From the NCBI GenBank assembly GCA_963749915.1, contig CAVVOP010000019.1, positions 32,001 through 96,000 on the forward strand: DNA of 64,000 nt. The letters are read 5' to 3'. Within the stretch, counting starts at the first letter, position 1. Each line of letters starts with the position of its first letter. This document shows, piece after piece, positions 23,277-33,364 of the stretch. The notes under the pieces are model-generated. The model was given only the letters and a program-made list of their open reading frames with translations. It was not told the DNA's origin and did no database searches. This DNA comes from an uncultured cyanobacterium. Its GTDB lineage: Bacteria; Cyanobacteriota; Cyanobacteriia; Cyanobacteriales; Cyanobacteriaceae. A program made the position numbers and the translations under genes.

Positions 23277-24161
23277 TTAATAAACTTTTCTACGGGTAGC
23301 TAAACGAGCGGTAATACTAGTAATTAAGACTAAAAGGACCAGAATTAAAGAACCTGCCCAGGCTAACTGTTGTTGTGGTTCAAAGGGTAAAATCGCAAAG
23401 TTATAAACTAATACGGACAAAGTAGCGATGGGTTCTGTTAATCCCTGGGGTGATACATTAGGCCAAAAGTTAGAGAATAAAGCTGTAAAGATTAAGGGGG
23501 CCGTTTCTCCCGCAGCCCTGGCTATGGCTAATGTAATCCCTGTAATAATACCGGGTAAAGCCGCAGGAAGGACGATTTTTAACACCGTTTGATAGTTATA
23601 AGCACCAACGGCTAAGGCCGCCCAACGAATTTCCTGGGGGACAATTTTTAAAGCCTCATCAGTGGTACGAATAATAGTCGGTAACATCAATACCGCTAAA
23701 GCCACACCTCCAGCGATGGCGGAAAAACCGACAACACCACTAGATACTAATAAACCAAAAGCAAAAATCCCAGCGATAATAGAAGGAACGCCACTGAGGA
23801 CGTTAGTAGCGAATCGTATACCCGTAGCAAACTTATTCCCTTGACTGAATTCGGAGAGATACACTGCCGCAAAAACGCCAATGGGTACAGCGAATATCAC
23901 AGCAATTCCAACGACGACAAGAGTTCCGATAATGGCATTAGCTAAACCCCCCCCACTTAAACCCGGAGGAGGGGGTAACTGAGTAAACAAATTAAGGTTG
24001 AGACGGCTAAAACCCTGTACAAATACGTAGAAAATTACTGCTATTAAAGGGATTAAAGTTATGATCATACATAGGCCACTTAATCCTGTCATTGCTGATC
24101 CCAGAATCACTCTAGGGCTAGAGGATTTCTTTTTTAAACTACCAAGAGTAGAAATAGTCAT
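23277..24161 (-). CDS. pstA: Phosphate ABC transporter permease
   Basis: LSGVPSII and [10 protein letters not shown]; operon position. Confidence 0.96.
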   Translation of the reverse strand: MTISTLGSLKKKSSSPRVILGSAMTGLSGLCMIITLIPLIAVIFYVFVQGFSRLNLNLFTQLPPPPGLSGGGLANAIIGTLVVVGIAVIFAVPIGVFAAVYLSEFSQGNKFATGIRFATNVLSGVPSIIAGIFAFGLLVSSGVVGFSAIAGGVALAVLMLPTIIRTTDEALKIVPQEIRWAALAVGAYNYQTVLKIVLPAALPGIITGITLAIARAAGETAPLIFTALFSNFWPNVSPQGLTEPIATLSVLVYNFAILPFEPQQQLAWAGSLILVLLVLITSITARLATRRKVY

Positions 24162-24234
24162 ACAATTAAAATAAACAAAATAAATATACTTTGATTAAAA
24201 AGAACTTAATGGAGGTGAACAAATGAAACAACGG

Positions 24235-25197
24235 TTATTCATACTTCGCTTTAACCTGACTAACGATATATTCCGCAATGATATTGACAATCAAGGTTAA
24301 AAGCATTAACACTAAACCGGCGTACATTAAAGCCGATATTTGTAGTCCACTGGCTTCCGCAAATTGGTTGGCAATCAGAGAGGCGATGGTATTGGCAGGA
24401 GCTAAAATAGAGACACTTAAACGATTGGAGTTACCGATAATCATAGTTGCAGCCATGGTTTCACCCATTGCCCGACCTAACGCTAACATGATACCTCCCA
24501 TAATACCAGAAATCGCTGCTGGAATTAAAACTCTAAAAATGGTTTCCCAACGGGTTGCACCTAATCCTAAAGAGGCTTGACGTAAATCGGGGGGTAGGGA
24601 GGCTAAGGAATCTCTGGAAATAGCAATAATAATCGGTAAAATCATGATCGATAAGATTACCCCCGCCGGTAACATTCCTGGACCCGCCGGTTCAGTACTA
24701 AAGAGAGGAAACCAACCAAAATGAAGATGAAGCCAGTGACCAAAAGCTGTAGTAATGGGTATCAACACGAAAATCCCCCATAAACCATAAACTACACTGG
24801 GGATAGCCGCTAATAATTCCACCAAAAAAACCAACACAGTGCGAATTTGTTCGGGAATAAAATCTTCGCTCAAAAAAACCGCCGTCCCCACTCCTAAAGG
24901 AATAGCAATGACCAAAGAAATTAAGGAACTAACAATTGTGCCGTAAATTACTGGTACTACACCGTATTCATTGGTAACGGGATTCCAGTTACTATTAGTA
25001 AAAAAACCAAAATTAAATTCGACCATGGCGGGATAAGCACTCACGGCAATAATAAGGGCTATACTAACCAAAATTAGACCAATGCTAAGGGCCAAGGCGA
25101 AAGTTAACCATTTAAAACCCCCATCGAAGGTTTTTTCCAGAGGGGATCTTTCTCCCCTGGTCCGATTATTAATACTGGAAGAGTCGTAATGTGTCAT
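24235..25197 (-). CDS. pstC: Phosphate ABC transporter permease
   Basis: ELLAAIPSVVYGLWG and LGRAMGETMA. Confidence 0.96.
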   Translation of the reverse strand: MTHYDSSSINNRTRGERSPLEKTFDGGFKWLTFALALSIGLILVSIALIIAVSAYPAMVEFNFGFFTNSNWNPVTNEYGVVPVIYGTIVSSLISLVIAIPLGVGTAVFLSEDFIPEQIRTVLVFLVELLAAIPSVVYGLWGIFVLIPITTAFGHWLHLHFGWFPLFSTEPAGPGMLPAGVILSIMILPIIIAISRDSLASLPPDLRQASLGLGATRWETIFRVLIPAAISGIMGGIMLALGRAMGETMAATMIIGNSNRLSVSILAPANTIASLIANQFAEASGLQISALMYAGLVLMLLTLIVNIIAEYIVSQVKAKYE

Positions 25198-25277
25198 CTT
25201 ACTTTTAATTATATTTCTATTAGCACCAACACAATTAGGAAAATTATTACTTTTACTTTGTATAACCTAGATGATGA

Positions 25278-25296
25278 AGGTTAAATTTTAGTTAAC
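25278..25296 (-). promoter_or_regulatory. Candidate Pho (SphR) box upstream of pstC
   Basis: Minus strand reads GTTAACTA-aaa-TTTAACCT: two PyTTAAPyPy(T/A)-like units at 11-bp periodicity. Confidence 0.5.
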
Positions 25297-25621
25297 ATTA
25301 ATGGCGAAATCCTGACTAAATGGGATTAGTTGGGGAGGAGGGGGAAGCTTTCGGGTGTAGGTTTTTAACATTTGGGCGAAGGTGAGACTTGGAAGAGGGG
25401 GAAGATGGGGAAGATTCCTCAACCAAAGAATAGGCTTTTCACTCCCTTGTCTACTTTCCTTCCTCTCTTGGTCAGCATTCCCTTGCGACTGTCGTCGTCG
25501 CGGGGTCTGACCGCTTGTCCTCCTTGTCTTGCCAACACCTAATTATAAAAAACCCACCCTTGTAAGGCTAACCCTCCTCCTGCGCGGATGCCTTCTGCCT
25601 CGCCCGAAGGGCAGTTAAATT

Positions 25622-26755
25622 CTAGTTAACATTAATGGTGAAATCCGGACTAATTTCATCAGCCACTTTTGCCACTTTTTCCACCACTTTGCGTGGTAAA
25701 GGAATATAACCTAAGGTTGGGGCGGCTTTTTGTCCATCGGTTAAAGCGTATTGAATAGTCGCTTCCATGGCGATCGCTTTATTAGGATCATCATATTTGC
25801 CATAGGCCAAAATCCAACTATAAGTGACAATAGGGTAAGATTCTTCTCCTTCAGGATCGGTAATAAAAGCACGTAAATTTTCCGGTAACTCAACGTTAGC
25901 TAAAGTTGCCGAAGCCGACTCGTCAGTGGGGGGAACAAATTGACCGGCCTTATTCTCAATCGCCGCTATGGGAATCTTATTGTTTTTAGCATAACCATAC
26001 TCAACATAACCAATGGAGCCTTCATTTTGCATAATAGTAGCAGTGACACCCTCATTACCTTTACTTCCTAGGAATTTGCCGCCATCAGGGCCCCACTGGA
26101 CAGTTTTTCCTTCTCCTACCTTATTTTTCCAGTCTTCACTAATGGCACTTAAATGTTTTGTAAGGAATCCAGTAGTACCACTTCCATCAGAGCGATGTAC
26201 AAAAGTAATGGACTCATCCGGTAAAGTTAAATCAGGGTTATCCGCCACAATTTTCGGATCATTCCAACGACTGATCTTTCCTAAAGCAATATCCACATAA
26301 GTTTCTCTACTTAATTTTAAACCTTCCACACCGGGTAAATTATAAGCAAAAACGATCGCCCCTGCTGTCACAGGTAAAAGCAGAGTTCCTCTACTTACTT
26401 TTGCCATTTCTTCATCCTTCATAGCTACATCACTAGCACCAAAATCTACAGTCCCAAGGGTAAACTGTTCAACCCCTGCACCACTACCAACGGACTGATA
26501 GTTAACTTGTAACTTAGGTACTTGTTGATTCAAACCTTGAAACCAGTTTTGAAATAAGGCGGCGGGAAAAGTTGCCCCCGCACCAGTTAAACTAACAGTA
26601 TTCTCAAAAGGAACACTAATGGATGGAGTTTTTTCCTGTCCTTCTTTTTCCCCAGTGGCAGTTTCACCACCACCACCGCCACAGGCCGTTAAATTTAAGG
26701 CAAAAGCTAAGACTAATAAAGAGCCCATTAATTTATTCTTTGTTTTAAGCATCAT
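25622..26755 (-). CDS. pstS: Phosphate ABC transporter substrate-binding lipoprotein
   Basis: Lipobox LTAC; GAGATFP, YQSVGSGAG, DFGASD and RSDGSGTT. Confidence 0.97.
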   Translation of the reverse strand: MMLKTKNKLMGSLLVLAFALNLTACGGGGGETATGEKEGQEKTPSISVPFENTVSLTGAGATFPAALFQNWFQGLNQQVPKLQVNYQSVGSGAGVEQFTLGTVDFGASDVAMKDEEMAKVSRGTLLLPVTAGAIVFAYNLPGVEGLKLSRETYVDIALGKISRWNDPKIVADNPDLTLPDESITFVHRSDGSGTTGFLTKHLSAISEDWKNKVGEGKTVQWGPDGGKFLGSKGNEGVTATIMQNEGSIGYVEYGYAKNNKIPIAAIENKAGQFVPPTDESASATLANVELPENLRAFITDPEGEESYPIVTYSWILAYGKYDDPNKAIAMEATIQYALTDGQKAAPTLGYIPLPRKVVEKVAKVADEISPDFTINVN

Positions 26756-26821
26756 GTTTTACCAATTTTTTTACCTTTAAACTATTTCGGTTTTAATAAT
26801 AGTATGAAGAGGACTTTTTTT

Positions 26822-26840
26822 AGGTAAAGAAAAGGTTAAG
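26822..26840 (-). promoter_or_regulatory. Pho (SphR) box upstream of pstS
   Basis: Minus strand reads CTTAACCT-ttt-CTTTACCT, 11-bp spacing. Confidence 0.7.
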
Positions 26841-26937
26841 AGATTAAATTTTTGTAAAAATAAAGATTCTTTCTCTCAAATATTGTAGGATCATAAATTA
26901 GATAACGTTGGTATTTTTTTGGGGAGAAAAATAAGCC

Positions 26938-26956
26938 AGGTTAAGGATAAGTTAAG
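26938..26956 (-). promoter_or_regulatory. Second Pho (SphR) box in the divergent pstS/pstS2 region
   Basis: Minus strand reads CTTAACTT-atc-CTTAACCT, 11-bp spacing. Confidence 0.65.
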
Positions 26957-27106
26957 CATTTTTATTTTTAACGCTTTTCTACTTCCAATTTACAGAAAAT
27001 GTAAATAATGTCAATTCAGGTCCAGGGAAAAACCCTATAATGTCCTTGATAAAAAAAAAGATTTTATATCAAAATGTTTTCATATCAAAATATTTATTAA
27101 CAATTT

Positions 27107-28150
27107 ATGCTTAACAATCAGTCATTGTTTCCGGGGAAGATAGTTTTTCCTGCTGTCATCTTATCTGCTATATTATCAGCTTGTGGCGGCATAAAATCCC
27201 AAGAACAAAAAAATATAGTAGTAGATGGTTCAAGTACTGTTTATCCCATCACTAATTTAATTGTCGAAAAATTTAATGCTTTAGAGAAACAAGCCATCAA
27301 TGTAGAATCGGATTTTTCTGGATCAATTGGCGGATTTAGAAAATTTTGTGAGGGCAAAACTGATATCAATAATGCTTCCGTACCCATTCCTAAACTTTTC
27401 ATGGATAAGTGTAGGGAAAATGGTATCGCCTATATAGAATTGCCTATTGCCCTTGATGCTTTAACGGTAGTAATTAATCCTACTAATAATTGGGCAAAAA
27501 CCATCACCACAGAAGAATTAAAAACCATGTGGCAACCATCGGCGGAAAAGAAGATTGTCCGTTGGAATCAAGTTAATAGTCAATGGGCAGATAAACCCCT
27601 TAATTTATTTGGACCTGGTAAAGATTCTGGCACTTTTGAATACTTTACTACCGCTATTATAGGAGAAAGAGCTAGTCGCAGTGATTATGTTTATAGTGAA
27701 GATGACGAAGCATTGGTTAATGGTGTAATACAAGATCCTAATTCTCTCGGTTATTTCGGTTATGCTTATTATGTAGAACACAAGGACAAGTTACAACCAG
27801 TGGCGATCGATAATGGTAACGGAGGAATTTTGCCTTCCGATGAAACCATCACTAAAAATACCTATCGTCCATTAACCCGTCCGTTATTCATCTATGTCAA
27901 CGCCAAAAAAGCACAGGAAAATGAAGCCTTAGTAGATTTTGTTGATTTTTATCTAAAGAATGCTTCCGCAGTAGTTCATCAAGTAGGATATTTACCTCTC
28001 CCAGATTCTGCCTATAAGGTCGCACTTATTCATTTTAATAAAAACCAAGTGGGTACAGTGTTTAATGGTGTACCTGTCCTCAATGTCACCATCGATGAAC
28101 TATTAACTAGAAGCTATGCCTCTGAAAAGGAAGAAGGTTATGTCTTTTAA
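27107..28150 (+). CDS. pstS: Second PstS-family phosphate-binding lipoprotein (DGSSTV type)
   Basis: Lipobox [21 protein letters not shown] and [11 protein letters not shown]. Confidence 0.9.
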   Translation: MLNNQSLFPGKIVFPAVILSAILSACGGIKSQEQKNIVVDGSSTVYPITNLIVEKFNALEKQAINVESDFSGSIGGFRKFCEGKTDINNASVPIPKLFMDKCRENGIAYIELPIALDALTVVINPTNNWAKTITTEELKTMWQPSAEKKIVRWNQVNSQWADKPLNLFGPGKDSGTFEYFTTAIIGERASRSDYVYSEDDEALVNGVIQDPNSLGYFGYAYYVEHKDKLQPVAIDNGNGGILPSDETITKNTYRPLTRPLFIYVNAKKAQENEALVDFVDFYLKNASAVVHQVGYLPLPDSAYKVALIHFNKNQVGTVFNGVPVLNVTIDELLTRSYASEKEEGYVF

Positions 28151-28189
28151 AACTGTGTCTGTTCTTAGAACCAGATGCGGAAGAGCAAA

Positions 28190-28390
28190 TATTAAGAGGA
28201 AATAGAGACATCAATTCTTCAATCTGTTTTTGGAAAAAGGAAATTCCATCTAGAAAATTTAGAGCATTTAAGCCAATGGAAAAATTACTATGTCTTTTAT
28301 GGCTTCTTCCTTTTTCTTGGGGGCGGACTACATATTCACTTATTCCTTTCCTTTTTATTTTTTCTCCTATAAATGTTGAATAACTATAGG
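28190..28390 (-). pseudogene. C-terminal fragment of an IS4-family transposase (approximate bounds)
   Basis: [41 protein letters not shown] resembles cyanobacterial IS4 transposase C-termini. Confidence 0.6.
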
Positions 28391-28602
28391 CTAAACGTCC
28401 AACAATGATCAAATGAGTTTCTAATTCTTTAAGTGAACCATTGGCAATCGAGAGGTGACGAATATAATCACCTAAATAATTTCTGCCCTTTCCTTCTGCG
28501 ATGTTGCTCCGAATTGAAACTGCCGCTCTTTGTATTTGACTAGTTAATCCATAAATTTCAGTTTTGGGAAGTTTGGAAGTTAGTTGATAACATCTCACTA
28601 CC
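28385..28602 (-). pseudogene. Truncated four-helix-bundle protein (23S rRNA IVS/Avd-like family)
   Basis: [36 protein letters not shown]...[11 protein letters not shown]; both termini missing. Confidence 0.8.
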
Positions 28603-28854
28603 AGGAGAATCGCATACAAAACTTTACAAATTGGCTAAAGAGCGAAAAATTATGCCCGAGCAAGATTTTGGGGAAATAGTATCTATGCTCGAATAGTTTA
28701 TACGATATTATCGTGACTAATCAAAGTTTTATTGACTATCAAGCGCTCGCTCTCCTGCGCTGCTTCGCAGATCGCACAACACCAGCCTTCGGTGAGTACT
28801 CGCCATAGATATAGTTTTACTGAAACCAGAGGCTCCAATTTTTCAACCGAAATG

Positions 28855-29132
28855 TCAAAGGCAACTAAGTACAGTTTCCAAATAGCGATTATCCCAACCT
28901 GCTTTCAGTCGCTTGTTCTCAATACCAACCTTGGTCGTCTTTTCTTGAGACAAAAGATTCACTCCCATGTGACGAATGACAGCCATATTTTCGGCACTAT
29001 ATCCCTGGCATCCCCGCCGAGCGTCCTCCTTGAAGCTCACATCCAAAACCCCATGTAATTGATTTTCAATACTCCAATGATGTCTAACCGCTTCGGCAAA
29101 ACGTTTCACATCACATTCAAAACTGAGAAGGT
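28855..29132 (-). pseudogene. ISAs1-family transposase C-terminal fragment
   Basis: [22 protein letters not shown]...[12 protein letters not shown]; cut on its 5' side by the ISH3 end. Confidence 0.88.
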
Positions 29133-30359
29133 CAGTAGATCGAAATAAAAATTTTACTGATTTTAGATTTCATTGTGTCTTACCTACTGATATAATATTT
29201 ACTTATATTATTTTTAGTTTGATATTGTTGGTATATAAACATTGGTTTCTACCTGAAAAATTCTTTCTATTGTGTGGTTGAGAAAAGATAACATTTGTTT
29301 TAAAGAAAATATTTTATTATAGACTAATCTTCCTCCTTTTCTTGGCTTACTTACTTTTTTCCATAATATTTTTACCCATATATTAACTAATAAAAATGAT
29401 ATTCCTACAAATAATAATCTCCAAACTGGTTTTTTTGTTGTCGTTCTAATTCTACAAACATTTTTCATTCTATAACTACTTTCAATACCAAATCTTTTTC
29501 GGTAACAAGAATGAATTTGCTCTATATTTATCTTAATCTTATTTATTACATAGATATAGTATTCTCTTCCTTTTTTTCCTCTTCTAATAGCAGGAATAAT
29601 GAAGGGTATTTCTAATGCTTGTAACCATCTAATTATTGATATGCTGAAAAATTCTCTATCCAAATATAATTTTTCTATCTTTATATTTAAACTCGATAAT
29701 TCTGATAACAAATGAGTTAAGATACAAACCTTCGTTTCTTTCACTCGAATCGCTCTAATTCCTAAAGTTACTCTTTTATTTTTTTTAATCGTATATATCG
29801 TTGCATATCCATAAAAAGAACAAGTTCCATTTTTTGCTTGACTTCTACAAATATAAGGTTTTTCTTCTTGATTGGGTTCCCCATAATAACCAATCAAATT
29901 AAAATCAACTGCTACATTTAAACAATTATTTTTTAATCCAGAAGGAATTTGATTTTTTAATGCTGTATTAATTTCTTTTTCTAATTTTAAGAAATCAGAT
30001 ATTTTTTTGAGATGAAATCGAATATTATTTCCACAAGTTGCTAATTTTAATTCTTTAGAAGAATTTTCTATAGTATTTTGGGTCGAAGCGGCTCTTACTA
30101 AAACCAGAAATAAATCATTATTTTTCCTTTTACCATGGTCGTTTAAAGAAATATTTTCATTGAGACAATCTACTACTTGTGTTAAGGTTTCTTGATCAGT
30201 TAAAACCAGTTTTTCTTGTTGATTATTATATTTTTGCTTCATGGGATAAAAAATATAAATTTTAATTATACTATTTCTTCATTATCCTCTAAAATAGAAC
30301 CCTTTACTTAGTACTTATGTCCCAATAATCTCTTTATTTTTTTTCCTTTCGATCTACTG
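29133..30359 (-). mobile_element. ISH3-group insertion sequence, 13-bp perfect TIRs, no TSD
   Basis: CAGTAGATCGAAA (29133-29145) and TTTCGATCTACTG (30347-30359) enclose a transposase. Confidence 0.85.
29214..30242 (-). CDS. ISH3-family DDE transposase (probably internally deleted)
   Basis: AVDFNLIGYYG, LYLDREFFS and YRKRFGIESSYR motifs. Confidence 0.85.
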   Translation of the reverse strand: MKQKYNNQQEKLVLTDQETLTQVVDCLNENISLNDHGKRKNNDLFLVLVRAASTQNTIENSSKELKLATCGNNIRFHLKKISDFLKLEKEINTALKNQIPSGLKNNCLNVAVDFNLIGYYGEPNQEEKPYICRSQAKNGTCSFYGYATIYTIKKNKRVTLGIRAIRVKETKVCILTHLLSELSSLNIKIEKLYLDREFFSISIIRWLQALEIPFIIPAIRRGKKGREYYIYVINKIKINIEQIHSCYRKRFGIESSYRMKNVCRIRTTTKKPVWRLLFVGISFLLVNIWVKILWKKVSKPRKGGRLVYNKIFSLKQMLSFLNHTIERIFQVETNVYIPTISN

Positions 30360-30919
30360 AATGTGTTTTTGGGGTTATGTCTGTTAGTCTATTCTTTGGG
30401 GCAAAGAGAAGTGCGTCGCTTATTAGAGGAGAGAAAAACGGGGATAAAAAATCAGCTAGGAAAACTAACGGAACGTCCAACGTTAAGATGGATATTTCAA
30501 TGTTTTCAGGGGATTCATTTAGTAATAAATCAAGGAATAAAACAGATAGTAAATCTAACAAATGAACGAAAACTAATTTTAAGTTTTTTCCCGATTTCTT
30601 GTCATAATTATTATATTTTATCTGGATAACTTATGGGATTTAAGAGTCTAAACATTCTCAATTATAATATCATAAATAAAGAATAGAAAACTGATAGATT
30701 TGCTCTGTTTATTTATTAGAACTCTTGCAAAAATAAAATGAATATGATTATCCTAATTGTAATGGGCGATCGCCAAAAACAAAAATCGTCAAAATTAGTT
30801 GAATCAGGACTTAAGGCATAAAAAATACTTATGTTATTCTCAAAAATCAAGAAAAAATAATTATTAATAGAAAAAAAATCAGAAATTAACCATAATAATT
30901 ATCGGAAACTTTCAGATAG

Positions 30920-31939
30920 TTAAATAGATTTTGTTTGGAGTTCATAATTATAAATGCCAGCAATTAAATTAAATCTTAAACCGAACCTTTTTCTTCAGCC
31001 GTTAGTTTTTTATTTTTTGTCTTCTTTTTGGGGATATCAGTTAATTTATCCCACATTCCGCATGTTCTTTTAGAAAACAATCATATTTTAATGACTTTTA
31101 CGCAACTTTACTATAGGTAATACATATATTTATTGTTTTTTGCGAGCAGCTTCGCTGTGCCTTTGGCATCGCATAGTGACAATTGGCGTGCAGCTGTGCC
31201 TTTGGCATCGCCATATACAGATTTTTACAGTATTTATATTTGTTTAATCTCAATTTCGTTGTTTTATTACTTGGGGAATATTTTGTAAACAAGGCGTTAA
31301 GGTATTACATGGCATAGTGCAAATTGACGTGCGGAATGTGGGATTTATGTATTTTCTGTATTCCTTGATAGCCTTTATCTACTAAACATTTTATTTTTTG
31401 ACTTAATGGCAATTTACTTTTCTTAAATATTTTAAAATCGTGTTCTTTTCCTAGTCCATTTACATAACAAATTATTTCCAAACTTATTTGATTTACAACT
31501 AATTGTGATTTTAAAGTATGTTGTTTCTTTTTGCCACTATAGTATCTTTTTTGACCTTTTACCGGTCTCTCTATTGGACTTTCTGTTACATCAATCAGAA
31601 TGACTTTAATCCCACTTTCAAGTTTCATTAATTCCTTTTTTCCTGGTAGAGAAAAATAACCTGAATTTAGGAAAATTTTTTCGATTTTATGAACAATTCG
31701 ACAAACAGTTGATTCGGAAATATTCCAATCTTCAGATATATGAAAATAAGTTCTATACTCTCTTAAGTATTGTAATGTGACCAAAACTTGTTCTTCAAGG
31801 ATTAATTTAGGTTTTCTTCCTTTTTTTTCTTTTTTTCTTTTTTGACTATTTCTACTAATAAATCATAGGTTTTTTTAGTTACTCCAAACCTTCTCTTAAA
31901 CTTTTTTGGTGGTAATTTTTCTATTTTTTTTAATTTCAT
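30920..31939 (-). pseudogene. IS5-family transposase: frameshifted, MITE-interrupted and internally deleted
   Basis: ATG 31939 MKLKKIEKLPPKKFKRRFGV; frame change at an A8G run near 31821-31828; IDVTESPIERP, YSGKKKQHTLK and DKGYQG; resumes after the MITE with LTDIPKKK...RFGLRFNLIAGIYNYEL. Confidence 0.85.
31050..31342. mobile_element. 293-bp IS1634-derived MITE with 6-bp TSD
   Basis: TIRs CCCACATTCCGCA and TGCGGAATGTGGG; ATTTAT duplicated at 31044-31049 and 31343-31348; its last 18 nt are identical to 32185-32202. Confidence 0.92.
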
Positions 31940-32171
31940 AAGCAAATCTTATACTTTTCTAGTAAGCGATCGCTTACATTAACAAATTTTGACACTTAAT
32001 TTTAACTGATATTCAATTTTGCAAGAGGTCTATTCTCATTAAAGGTGAAGTTATTGACAATGAGATTTTAATTTGAGCAAAGTTCGCGAATACAAAACGC
32101 GAATAAAGAAGATATTGAGTATTATTACTTATATTTTGTCCAAAATAAGTTGCTTGGTTTTAATACTTTTA

Positions 32172-32630
32172 TCATCTTACAAAGTGACGTGCGGAATGTG
32201 GGTTTAAATTTGCCAAAAAATGGGTATATTTCAGATAATTCCTACCTAATCCACGGCTTTCCAAACTATAACTAATATTAGCTTCATCGAGAATCCATTG
32301 AGCATAAGTGTTACTATTGGGTCCAGGATAATAACGATAAAGATGATTATAGGGATATTTTGAGGGACTTTCTCTGATAATCTCGGTTAATATTTCCGCG
32401 GATTCTCCTTGCCACCGAGTTTCTCGCCAACTGTAACCGTTACCGACGCCTTGGGTAACGGTCATAAGATTTTGATGTAAATGTCCCCAACTTGTGGTTA
32501 CCAAATGTTTACTTTGCCAAATTTCCCAACGTTCATGATAGTCATAGTCGAGAATGACAAACCAATAATGTATAGCAATTAAACCTAGGTAGGGAATTTT
32601 TGCCGCCCTTAAATCAACTTTTAAATTCAT
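32172..32630 (-). CDS. DUF3750-like protein; last codons supplied by the IS1634 end
   Basis: IAIHYWFV, ERWEIW and YRYYPGPNSNTYAQW; C-terminal PHSAR is encoded by the TIR. Confidence 0.7.
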   Translation of the reverse strand: MNLKVDLRAAKIPYLGLIAIHYWFVILDYDYHERWEIWQSKHLVTTSWGHLHQNLMTVTQGVGNGYSWRETRWQGESAEILTEIIRESPSKYPYNHLYRYYPGPNSNTYAQWILDEANISYSLESRGLGRNYLKYTHFLANLNPHSARHFVR

Positions 32631-32728
32631 AAAAAGGGAAATAATAATGTAGAATGAAATCCGTACTTATTATCACTGATAAGTACAAATAGCAATTTTA
32701 GTTGATTCAAACAAACTCGTGAGGAGTA

Positions 32729-33364
32729 ATGTCTAACCTGATAACAGTATTAACTCGATCTATTAAAGGATCATTAAATCCTAGAAATTGTTTACATTCA
32801 TCGGGTTTACTGATAACTACGTTAATTCTAATTATTACTAATAGTTTAGTTCCTGTCAAACTCAAATTAACCCAAGCTCAAACTATTCCTGTTACAGCAT
32901 CTTGGCGACAAGCATCTTTCCCCGTCGAGAATTTTCAAGCCTATACTTCTGGTTTTGGCTATAGAATACACCCAGTTACTGGAACCAGACAGTTCCATCA
33001 AGGTTTGGATTTATCCGCCCCTTTAGGCAGTTATGTGCGTAATTGGTGGAGTGGGCGAGTGGTCGAGCTTTCTGATCATACTGCCTGTGGTACTATGATT
33101 AAAATTCAATCAGGAAAATGGACTCATGTTTATTGTCACCTGATGGGTTCTGTAGAAAATACACCTAAAGGTAGAGTCTTAGTTGATCGAAGTGGGGGCA
33201 TTGTATTGTGGCAAGGACAAAGTGTTCCTGCTGGTGCAAGAATAGCTAGAGTGGGGATGACAGGCAGAACCACGGGTCCTCATTTGCACTGGGGACTTAT
33301 GTATAATGGTAAGTATGTTGATCCTGCTAACGTGTTACGTCAAATGTTCGCCCAAAGAATCTAA
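32729..33364 (+). CDS. M23-family metallopeptidase
   Basis: HQGLD, YCHL and GRTTGPHLHW. Confidence 0.92.
   Translation: MSNLITVLTRSIKGSLNPRNCLHSSGLLITTLILIITNSLVPVKLKLTQAQTIPVTASWRQASFPVENFQAYTSGFGYRIHPVTGTRQFHQGLDLSAPLGSYVRNWWSGRVVELSDHTACGTMIKIQSGKWTHVYCHLMGSVENTPKGRVLVDRSGGIVLWQGQSVPAGARIARVGMTGRTTGPHLHWGLMYNGKYVDPANVLRQMFAQRI

Larger units (their letters stand above)
30718..32031 (-). mobile_element. IS5-family (ISL2/IS702-like) element with 3-bp TSD ATT
   Basis: TIRs AGAACTCTTGCAAAA (30718-30732) and TTTTGCAAGAGGTCT (32017-32031), one mismatch. ATT at 30715-30717 and 32032-32034. Confidence 0.85.
30360..32202 (+). mobile_element. Right-hand remnant of an IS1634-family element, interrupted by IS5
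   Basis: Transposase C-terminus 30363..30629 (LCLLVYSLGQREVR...NQLGKLTERPTLRWIFQCFQGIH); terminal repeat TGCGGAATGTGGG at 32190-32202. Confidence 0.8.

Noticed and set aside
28385..28602. Avd of a diversity-generating retroelement
   Set aside because: The gene is truncated, and there is no reverse transcriptase or adenine-specific TR/VR pair in the window.
31098..31292. 64-aa ORF inside the MITE
   Set aside because: Its repeated MAMPKAQ/YAMPKAQ peptides come from the two split-HIP1 inserts; no coding evidence.
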